Shown here piece by piece: positions 22,655-30,210 of a DNA stretch of 64,000 nt. Both the position numbers and the translations under genes were made by a program. The notes beneath the pieces were generated by a model, which saw only the letters and a list, made by a program, of their open reading frames with translations, was not told where the DNA came from and made no database searches. Where the stretch lies: contig JBPOGF010000010.1 in NCBI GenBank assembly GCA_051251915.1, forward strand, positions 1 through 64,000. Direction: 5' to 3'. Each line of letters begins with the position of its first letter. Positions within the stretch are counted from its first letter, which is position 1. The DNA comes from Akkermansiaceae bacterium. GTDB lineage: Bacteria > Verrucomicrobiota > Verrucomicrobiia > Verrucomicrobiales > Akkermansiaceae.

Positions 22655-24775
22655 TTACCATTTGATTCTGTTACGAATTCTGATGCGGAGATAAATGGAT
22701 ACGGCGGAGAGGGAGAAGACGATCATCATGAATACGAGCACTGATCCATACTGCATGGGCTGAGTGTATTCAGACTGTGGGATTCTTCCGGCTACGGTGA
22801 AGATGTGGTAGGGGAGTGCTTGGACTGACTGCTGGAGGAAGTCGATAAAGACGCTGAATCCTGAGGAGTGGATGCCTTGCCATGGGAGGTCTGATTTCTC
22901 AGCGGCGGCGGCAGTGAACATGATGGGAGCGGTCTCACCGGCAACTCTTGTGATCCCGAGCACGGAGGCCGTTAGGATACCAGGGAATGCGTAAGGCAGA
23001 ACAGCTGTGCGGATGGCTTGCCACTTGGTAGCGCCGAGGGCCATGGCGGCTTCTCGGAATCCCATGGGGACAGCTTTGAGCGATTCTTCACAGGAGGTGA
23101 TGATGACTGGAAGCACCATGATGGCGAGGGTGAATCCACCTGCGAGCATACAAGTTCCCCAGCCTTGGAATGAGATGTAGTACCAGCCGTTGTAGAATTT
23201 CTTGCCACCGGCGATGTTAGCGGATTCTACAGCGTTTGCGGTGCTGAGTGAGGAGTCAACTACGGTTACGCCTTCTGTTTCGAGGTAGCGAAGATCTGGA
23301 GCGGAACCGATTTTAACGATAGGGACGTAGAGCTCTGATTCTACGTTTGGTGTGTTAGATAATACTGGTGCGAGCATTACGAAGAGACCGAGTCCGAAGA
23401 GACCGAATACGATGGATGGGACACCTGCTAGATTGAGCATGGCGAGACGGACGGCTTTGGTGAAGCCTCCCTTTCTTGCGTATTCGTTGAGGTATGTGGC
23501 TGCTGCGATGCCGGTGAATAGGGCAATGACCATACAGATGATGACGAGACATGCGGTTCCGATGATGGGGCCTAGGATACCGCCACCTGAGTAGGAGTTG
23601 GTTTTCTCTGAGGTGGGGGTGAAGGATTTGTCTTCTTCTTTGAAGATTTGGTAGTCTGAGATGTTGAGTTGGATCTCGCTGTCCTTATCGAGGTTGAACT
23701 TGGTGTAGGCAACTTTTTGCTGGGTGTTTTCTACATTGGTGACTTTGAGTTCTGGGTTATCGATGATGAGTTGGTCAAATTGCTGTTTGCTGAGGCTGAG
23801 TGTTTCGTCGTCATCGGTGTTTACTACGATGGCACCGAGGTTGGTGTTGTGCATGTGCTTGATGCCGTAGTTTGAGAGGACCTCAAGGGTTTCCTCTGAG
23901 ACTTTGTAGTCGCCTTTAGGGAGAGTGAAGTCTGCGAAGATAATGGTGTTCGGAACTGGTATTACATTTTCTGCACGTAGCGTTCCTGGTTCATCTTCAT
24001 CGAAGACGGTGTTGTAAACTGAGCTGTCGACTGTGAAGGTCTGGTCTTCAGGGATGATGGTGGCGTTGATTTTGTTAGGTTCATCGTCTGGGAACGATTG
24101 CTTCATTTGGAAGACGAAATCTGTGGGGATCAAGGCATCGTGAGCGCTTTTGCTGAGTGGATATTCTCCGGCTTTAACGGTGACTTTTTTACGAGGGAGG
24201 TTGATTTCGCGTGTCTTGACCTCAGCGATCAGTTGAGGGTCATGCTGCTGGATGATGTCGAGTTCTGGTTTCTTGAGGGTGAAGGCTTTATCGCGGTCTA
24301 GTGAGAAACCTGTGAGCTCTGGGAACTTTCTTTCGGTGAATTTGAGGTAGTATCCTTTGTTATCTTTCTCGATGTCCTTGAGGTAACCGTCACCGATGAG
24401 TGAGCCGTTTTCGATCTGGAAGCTTACGAAGTCGAATGACTTGTCGAATACTTCTTCGTTACTGAGTGGTAGGTCATCAGGGTTGCTGATGAGCATGTTG
24501 TCAAAGTTTGTGGTGGGGACCTCGTAGGTTCCTTTTTCTACTTCTAGGGCAGCGAGGGTTTGCGGTTTTTGGGTGACAAAGGAGAAGCCTTTATCCATCA
24601 GGACGGGGACTCCGTTTATGATGATTTTGCCAAAGATGAATGAGGCGCAGAGGATGATGAAGTAGGTGGCGAAGGCGTAGCCACTGAAATATACTTTCTC
24701 CTTGGTGCGAAGACTTGATTTTTTGCTGGCGAATGGATTTCCAGAAGACTGTGTGCTGTTACTTGAGTCAGACAT
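22655..24775 (-). CDS. pstA: Phosphate ABC permease PstA with large soluble insert
   Basis: LAGVPSIVFGLFG, EAAMALGA and RVAGETAP motifs; 706 aa. Confidence 0.9.
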   Translation of the reverse strand: MSDSSNSTQSSGNPFASKKSSLRTKEKVYFSGYAFATYFIILCASFIFGKIIINGVPVLMDKGFSFVTQKPQTLAALEVEKGTYEVPTTNFDNMLISNPDDLPLSNEEVFDKSFDFVSFQIENGSLIGDGYLKDIEKDNKGYYLKFTERKFPELTGFSLDRDKAFTLKKPELDIIQQHDPQLIAEVKTREINLPRKKVTVKAGEYPLSKSAHDALIPTDFVFQMKQSFPDDEPNKINATIIPEDQTFTVDSSVYNTVFDEDEPGTLRAENVIPVPNTIIFADFTLPKGDYKVSEETLEVLSNYGIKHMHNTNLGAIVVNTDDDETLSLSKQQFDQLIIDNPELKVTNVENTQQKVAYTKFNLDKDSEIQLNISDYQIFKEEDKSFTPTSEKTNSYSGGGILGPIIGTACLVIICMVIALFTGIAAATYLNEYARKGGFTKAVRLAMLNLAGVPSIVFGLFGLGLFVMLAPVLSNTPNVESELYVPIVKIGSAPDLRYLETEGVTVVDSSLSTANAVESANIAGGKKFYNGWYYISFQGWGTCMLAGGFTLAIMVLPVIITSCEESLKAVPMGFREAAMALGATKWQAIRTAVLPYAFPGILTASVLGITRVAGETAPIMFTAAAAEKSDLPWQGIHSSGFSVFIDFLQQSVQALPYHIFTVAGRIPQSEYTQPMQYGSVLVFMMIVFSLSAVSIYLRIRIRNRIKW

Positions 24776-24806
24776 GATGTGTGAGTGGATAAGGAGTTAA
24801 GAAGTT

Positions 24807-26765
24807 CTACTTAGTGTATTTTTGAAGAATTCTCTGTGAGATGTAGTTGAGCAGGAGTGCAATGACGAAGAGTACGAGACCAACCATGAAGAGGGCGCCC
24901 CAGTGGAGTGAGCCTTTGTTCACCTCGCCGATTTCTTGGGCAAGGATACCGGTCATGGAGTGAGCGGGTTCTGTCCATGATCCAGGGACTGCGATACGGC
25001 CGCCGAGGACTAGTAGAACAACCATGGTTTCACCGATGATGCGTCCGAATCCGAGTAGGACCGCAGCGATCACACCTGAGGCACAGGATGGGAGGATGAC
25101 GCTGGTGATGGTCTGGAGCTTAGTGGCGCCGAGTGCTAGTGATGCTTCGCGGTAAGATTTAGGGACGTTGTTCAGCGCGTCTTCGCAGAGGGTGAAGATG
25201 GTGGGAACTGCCATGAGAGCGAGGAGGAGGCCGGCGTTGAGGATGGTGTATTGATCTTCAACTGGGAAGCCTGGTAACCAGCTGAACATCCATGTTTGTG
25301 AGTATTTCTGGATGAGGACACCGAGGACGACGTAACCGAAGAATGCGAGAACGATGGATGGGATGGCCTGAATGAATTCGATGAATGGCTTGATGAAGTT
25401 TTGCTCAGCTTTGGAGGCGAGGCGGTTGACGTAGATGGCGCCACCTACTGAGAATGGAACAGCGATGGTGATGGCTACGAAGGCTACGAAGACGGAGCCA
25501 GCGAGGAGGGGGACGATGCCGTAGAAGTCCTGCCATGAGGAATTGGTGACCCATTCTGTGCCGAAGAAGAAGCCTGCCATAGTTTTGCCCATGCCGTATA
25601 CGTCATCGTGCTTCCAATTTTGGATTTCGGTGTTGGTGTCATTTAGGAATTCGTAGACCTCTGATTTGATGTCATTGATGTCTGAGATGAATCCGCGTGA
25701 GTGTTTGGATTCGAAATTGGATTTTGCTGGGACTGTGCTTAGTCCATCGTCGATTGCTGTTTTGAGGGCTTCTGCGTGTGGTTTGTAGCTCTCTTTAGAG
25801 GCGTAAAGTGGAGCGCAGAGTTCGGCGAAGTCTGGGGCGGTAGGTAGTAGGCGGTCGATCTTTAGCTGGGCGCTCTTTTTGGCTTCTTCTGTGCGAGCGA
25901 GTGAGAGTGCTTTTTGGTTGGCTATGAGGGTGGCTTCTGTTTCAGAATGCTTCTCGCCTTGTGCTTTGTTGACACTGGCGATGGTGCGGAGATCCTCGAT
26001 GTAAGTTTTGTAGCTAGGGAGTGGCTTGCCGAATGCTACCTTTGCTTTTACTAGTTCTTGGATGAATGGTAGGGCGTCGACCTCGGCTGTCTTGACTTCT
26101 TCTTCTTGGATGATGTCGGTGATGAACTGAGTTTGTTTACCAGTCATGATGTTTTCAACGACTGAGCTGCGGATGTTTTCTAGGTATTCTTTATCGGTGA
26201 TCCAAGCTTTGTTTTTGAGGTCACCGTAGTTTAGGCCGTTGACGGAAGAAGTGACGATTTGCTTCAGCTCCTCGGTCTTTTCTGTGTAATAAGTTTCGGC
26301 AGCAGTTACATCACTGGGTGTTGCGTCTGCTTTTGCTTTGATGGTTTCTAGCGAGATTTTAGCGCGCTTGAGTTCTTTTCTTTCTGCGGAGGCGAGTTTG
26401 AGGACTTTTGATTTAAATTCGCTGTGAACGGATCTGACTCTGTAAAGGGCACCTAGTCTTGCTTGGACTTCGTATTCACGGGCATTGGTGCAATGTGATT
26501 CTAGCTCTACGAGTTTGTTGTTCTGAGCAGCGTAGTAATCTACTAGCTCTTGGCCTGAGAGGCGGTAGAGGGTGAGCTTTTTCTTGTATTGAGGGAAAAA
26601 TGAGACGGAGTTAACGACGAGGAATGTAACAATGGCGAGGATGATGATGATCGCGAGTGTGGCATTTCCTCCAAAGAAATATCGGATGAAGTCTTGCTTC
26701 GTGATGCCGAGAATTTTCCAGCTTTTAGAATTAGAAAATGGCTTCGATGATGTGGAATCTTTCAT
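24807..26765 (-). CDS. pstC: Phosphate ABC permease PstC with large helical insert
   Basis: AIPSIV, EASLALGA and GRIIGETMVV motifs; 652 aa. Confidence 0.9.
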   Translation of the reverse strand: MKDSTSSKPFSNSKSWKILGITKQDFIRYFFGGNATLAIIIILAIVTFLVVNSVSFFPQYKKKLTLYRLSGQELVDYYAAQNNKLVELESHCTNAREYEVQARLGALYRVRSVHSEFKSKVLKLASAERKELKRAKISLETIKAKADATPSDVTAAETYYTEKTEELKQIVTSSVNGLNYGDLKNKAWITDKEYLENIRSSVVENIMTGKQTQFITDIIQEEEVKTAEVDALPFIQELVKAKVAFGKPLPSYKTYIEDLRTIASVNKAQGEKHSETEATLIANQKALSLARTEEAKKSAQLKIDRLLPTAPDFAELCAPLYASKESYKPHAEALKTAIDDGLSTVPAKSNFESKHSRGFISDINDIKSEVYEFLNDTNTEIQNWKHDDVYGMGKTMAGFFFGTEWVTNSSWQDFYGIVPLLAGSVFVAFVAITIAVPFSVGGAIYVNRLASKAEQNFIKPFIEFIQAIPSIVLAFFGYVVLGVLIQKYSQTWMFSWLPGFPVEDQYTILNAGLLLALMAVPTIFTLCEDALNNVPKSYREASLALGATKLQTITSVILPSCASGVIAAVLLGFGRIIGETMVVLLVLGGRIAVPGSWTEPAHSMTGILAQEIGEVNKGSLHWGALFMVGLVLFVIALLLNYISQRILQKYTK

Positions 26766-26856
26766 TGTGATCTTGAGATGCGGTAATTAGGACTGGCTGA
26801 AAATTTGAGTGTGCAGGTAAGTATTTCAATGTGCTTAAAAATGCACTCAGTGTAAT

Positions 26857-26873
26857 GTGACAAGATTGAAACA
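26857..26873 (-). promoter_or_regulatory. Pho-box-like site upstream of pstC
   Basis: TGTTTC-AATCT-TGTCAC on the minus strand; half-sites 11 bp apart. Confidence 0.6.
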
Positions 26874-26906
26874 TTTGCTCTGAGGTTGCCTTTAAGGAGG
26901 ACTTTT

Positions 26907-26952
26907 AAAAAAAGAAAACCTCGCATCTAGAACGCGTCTGAGATGCGAGGTT
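26907..26952 (-). terminator. Terminator/stabilising hairpin after pstS
   Basis: AACCTCGCATCT / AGATGCGAGGTT stem; T-rich tail on the minus strand. Confidence 0.8.
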
Positions 26953-27011
26953 GGATAGAATTTTATCTGTAGAAGATAGCTTAGCTGCTCAATGAAGCTA
27001 AGAGGTGCTGA

Positions 27012-27827
27012 TTACTTCTTAGCAGCAGGAGCGATGAAGCCAACTCCGTTGATAACGTCAGCAGCAGCTGATGAAGTGAGTGACCAATCGATGAACTTCT
27101 TCACTTCGCCAGTAGGTGCGCCGATAGTGTAGTAGTATAGGTTGCGTGAAAGAGCGTATGACTCTTGGTTCGCAGGAGTAGGCTCTACGCCGTCAACTTT
27201 AGCAGCTGAGATGCCGTCTTTTTTAGCGTAAGCAAGACCAACATAGCCAACACCGTTTACGTCGCCAGCTACTGCTTCAGCGATTTGCTCGTTACCAGCC
27301 ATCTTTTGAGTCTCTTTACCGTAGTCAACATTGTTCATGCCGAGTTTCTGGAAAGTTTTGTATGTTCCTGATGAAGTGTTGCGTGTGTAAGCTTTGATCT
27401 TACCTGCTTTGCCGCCGACCTGTGACCAGTCAGTGATTTTGCCTGTGAAGATGCCTGCAACTTGATCTTTAGTGAGTTCTTTAACGCCATTTGCTTCGTT
27501 CACGATCACTGCGATCATGTCAACACCTGCAACGTGAGCAACTGCCTCTTGGCCTTTTGCTGCGAATTCGTCTTTTTCTTTAGATTTGATAGAGCGTGAT
27601 GACATTCCGAAGTCAGCAGTTCCCGCGAGGAGAGCTGTGAAGCATACTGAAGATCCTTCAGCTGCGATTTCGAAGTCAACGTTGTTACCAGCTGCTTTGT
27701 ATGCCTCTGAAAGTTGTGGAACCATTTTAGCTCCGAGAGTGTCAGAACCCTTGATTACGAGTTTAGTCTGTGCAGTAGCAGCTACTGTGAGTGCTGCGAA
27801 AACTGATGTGATTGTTTTTAGTTTCAT
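27012..27827 (-). CDS. pstS: Phosphate-binding protein PstS
   Basis: IKGSDT, GSS, GMSSR, RNTSSGT and IGYVG-like motifs; signal peptide from MKLKT. Confidence 0.93.
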   Translation of the reverse strand: MKLKTITSVFAALTVAATAQTKLVIKGSDTLGAKMVPQLSEAYKAAGNNVDFEIAAEGSSVCFTALLAGTADFGMSSRSIKSKEKDEFAAKGQEAVAHVAGVDMIAVIVNEANGVKELTKDQVAGIFTGKITDWSQVGGKAGKIKAYTRNTSSGTYKTFQKLGMNNVDYGKETQKMAGNEQIAEAVAGDVNGVGYVGLAYAKKDGISAAKVDGVEPTPANQESYALSRNLYYYTIGAPTGEVKKFIDWSLTSSAAADVINGVGFIAPAAKK

Positions 27828-27914
27828 TTTAGATAATGTGTATTTGGTTTGGCATCCTGTCTCGGACACGGCACACATTTCTCATGGAAGTGATGAAACT
27901 CCAAATTCTCCATC

Positions 27915-27931
27915 GTGAACATTTTGTCACA
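27915..27931 (-). promoter_or_regulatory. Pho-box-like site upstream of pstS
   Basis: TGTGAC-AAAAT-GTTCAC on the minus strand. Confidence 0.6.
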
Positions 27932-27974
27932 TTGGGATGGGGGAGTTCAGGGCGACGAGGTTAAGGATTTTTTT

Positions 27975-28416
27975 ACCACGAATTTTGAATGGTGGACGGT
28001 GAAGCCTTGGTTGATGGATTTTTGAACCACGGAAGACACTGAATACACGGAACTTGGTTGATGGGTAGGGAAGCTTGGGTTGATCGAGCTTTTGACCACG
28101 GATCTGCACGAATTTTCACGAATGGTGGACGATGGAGGCTTGGTTGATGGATTTTTGAACCACGGAAGACACTGAATACACGGAACTTGGTTGATGGGTA
28201 GGGAAGCTTGGGGTGATGGAACTTTTGACCACGAATCTGCACGAATGGTGGACGATGGAGGCTTGGTTGATGGGTTTTTGAACCACGGAAGACATTGAAT
28301 ACACGGAACTTGGTTGATGGGTAGGGGAGCTTGGGGTGGTGGAACTTTTTACCACGGGTCTGCACGAATTTTCACGAATGGTGGAGGATGAAGTCTTGCT
28401 AAATGGGTTTTGAACC
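27975..28416. repeat. Tandem repeat array, ~3.5 units of 120/133/123 bp
   Basis: Units start with ACCACG at 27975, 28095, 28228 and 28351; AACCACGGAAGACA(C/T)TGAATACACGGAA at 28025, 28158 and 28281. Confidence 0.95.
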
Positions 28417-28463
28417 TCTGTAATTGCTGAATTACGCAGAATGCATTTCGAAACTCGATCAAT

Positions 28464-28808
28464 ATGAAACAAGATCACTTAGGCAAATCACATTTGGGGC
28501 AGTTACTCAGTGAGATCGTAGGCTTTGATTCCTCAGGGGAATGGGGTTTTCGCGGGGCCTTGGCTTCTATCAGTAAGATAAGCAGAGTTGGAGCTGGCGA
28601 GGATGCGCGGGTGCACGTTTACGCTAGTGGGTTGAAGATCCCGCACGCAGTCGCTCAGGTGAGTATCGAGGCGAAAGGGGAGCGGGTTATATTTTATGCC
28701 ATTGACCAACGCACTCCTTCAGAATCTCAGTGGGAGGTGAATCCAAATCTCGAATGGATTCAGCAATACCAGTTATGGTTAGAGAGGGTCTCGAAATCAT
28801 GGGGCTGA
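28464..28808 (+). CDS. Hypothetical protein (accessory)
   Basis: 114-aa ATG-started ORF inside the insert; no recognisable motif. Confidence 0.5.
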   Translation: MKQDHLGKSHLGQLLSEIVGFDSSGEWGFRGALASISKISRVGAGEDARVHVYASGLKIPHAVAQVSIEAKGERVIFYAIDQRTPSESQWEVNPNLEWIQQYQLWLERVSKSWG

Positions 28809-28891
28809 GGTTTGGAGGGTAGATAATGTCATGATAGACAGGCAACGTAGCATATCAGAAGCTGAGCAATTGGACTGAACGTTCAGCAGAG

Positions 28892-28965
28892 GAGCCCTTA
28901 TGCGGAGAAACCATACGTAGGGACCTGTGATGGGAACGCCAGGCAACTGAGGTTCCTACTTTAAT
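28892..28965 (+). mobile_element. Group II intron 3' remnant (domains V and VI), degenerate, no RT
   Basis: GAGCCCTTATGCGG-AGAAA-CCATACGTAGGG (DV with AGC triad), then GGGAAC..CAG-GCAA-CTG..GTTCCT-A-C (DVI with bulged A), ending in AAT. Confidence 0.72.
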
Positions 28966-29031
28966 CTGCAAAAATATACCTCTAGAAGAGTATCTCCTTG
29001 AATTGATGGATATTAACGACATCCTCATAAT

Positions 29032-29469
29032 ATGCTAATTTATCTAGATAATTGCTGTTTTAACAGACCGTTTGATGAACAGAATCAAGTAAGAATTTTA
29101 CTTGAGACAGAAGCGAAATTAGTAGTTCAAGAGCGAATCAGAGAAGGAAGCTTGGAATTTGCTTGGTCATTTATGATGGATTTCGAGAATGAGGCAAATC
29201 CGTTTGAAGAGCGTAGAAACAGTATTTCTATATGGAAGCATCTAGTTTCCACTGATGTTTCTGAATCAGAAAGCGTCATTGAACGCGCTGAATCAATCAC
29301 CAAACACGGAATCAAACCCAAAGACGCTGGTCATCTTGCATGTGCTATTGAAGCTCATTGCGATGTGTTTCTAAGCACAGACAAAGGAATATTGAACAAA
29401 GCAAATCTCATTTCAGAACTTGCTATAATTAATCCTGTAGACTATAATTTTAATAATAATGATGACTGA
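29032..29469 (+). CDS. PIN-domain (VapC-like) toxin
   Basis: IYLDNCCFNRPFD, KDAGHLACA and FLSTDK acidic PIN motifs. Confidence 0.88.
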   Translation: MLIYLDNCCFNRPFDEQNQVRILLETEAKLVVQERIREGSLEFAWSFMMDFENEANPFEERRNSISIWKHLVSTDVSESESVIERAESITKHGIKPKDAGHLACAIEAHCDVFLSTDKGILNKANLISELAIINPVDYNFNNNDD

Positions 29470-29671
29470 CACCGAAATCCGAGTAAAAGGTTTAGCTGCA
29501 TTGTCTTCTTCTCTAGGCACTGTAGAGGCTGAGCGATTTATTGCTCTAATACTACGTGAACCATTTGACTACACTCGCTGGCAACAAAATCTATTCGAAG
29601 GGCTTTCCGTTAGAGAGTTGTGTTCCGCTGCGACCCAAAAGGGAACTAAAAAGGCAGAACCCCAAAGATAG
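29459..29671 (+). CDS. Putative antitoxin partner of the PIN toxin
   Basis: 70 aa, overlaps the toxin stop; LG.VEAERFI...PFDYT.W pattern typical of PIN-associated small proteins. Confidence 0.75.
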   Translation: MMTDTEIRVKGLAALSSSLGTVEAERFIALILREPFDYTRWQQNLFEGLSVRELCSAATQKGTKKAEPQR

Positions 29672-29686
29672 CTTTGATTTAGCGGT

Positions 29687-29745
29687 GGCGAACATCGAAG
29701 TAGCCCTTGTCTAGCTCACGGTCTCAGGGCTTGATGCTGTTAGGC
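29687..29745 (+). other. attC-like (integron cassette) site
   Basis: GGCGAAC ... GTTAGGC spanning 59 bp, with an imperfect internal inverted repeat AACATC..AGCCCT / AGGGCT.GATG.TGTT, just downstream of the TA pair. Confidence 0.5.
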
Positions 29746-29784
29746 TCAGATTCTGGTGAGCAGTATCTCCGCCGAGACTTCAGC

Positions 29785-30210
29785 ACGGTTGTTCATGGGG
29801 GATCGTGACCCAGTGTTGAAACACTGGGCTTTGCAACCGTTCTCCCTTCAGGAGATTCTGTGTCCTAGTGGGACAACAGGTACTGTGCGTATGGCTTTAG
29901 TCATGGAAGGATGAACGGCTCAAGCCAAGAACTGAGCCGAAGGCACAGCCGAACGCTTTACAACTTCTACAATCTACCTTCAAACCTAAATCTGCCATAA
30001 GGCTTCTAGGGTTTCTAGAATTTGCTGGATCTCCTGGGTGCGTTATTTGCTGGTTTTGCCGAAGGCTAGGGAGAGGGGGGCGGGGTTGGGTGGTTCGTTG
30101 GTAGTGAGGGCTGAGGTTGGCTTTCAGCCAACGCGGTATTTGGGTGGGGGTGACATAGGGAGTCGCTTCGCTCAACCCTATGCTGGTATGATTTTAGCCT
30201 TCAGCTAAAG
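29785..30210. repeat. Cluster of REP-like palindromes
   Basis: CCCAGTGTT-GA-AACACTGGG, TCTCC-CTTCA-GGAGA, GTCCTAGTGGGAC, CGGCTCA..TGAGCCG, GTTGGCT-TTC-AGCCAAC, CATAGGG..CCCTATG, TTTAGC-CTTCA-GCTAAA. Confidence 0.7.

Noticed and set aside
27975..28416. CRISPR array interpretation of the tandem repeats
   Set aside because: The sequences between the conserved motifs are themselves near-identical, so there are no unique spacers, and no cas genes are in the window.
27927..28478. Three overlapping minus-strand ORFs with repeated peptides
   Set aside because: They are translations of the DNA repeat in different frames; unit lengths are not all multiples of 3.
28824..28839. AATGTCATGATAGAC resembling the 22-bp sulfatase-locus box
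   Set aside because: The spacing differs by 2 nt, the left half-site is missing and the context is unrelated; likely chance.
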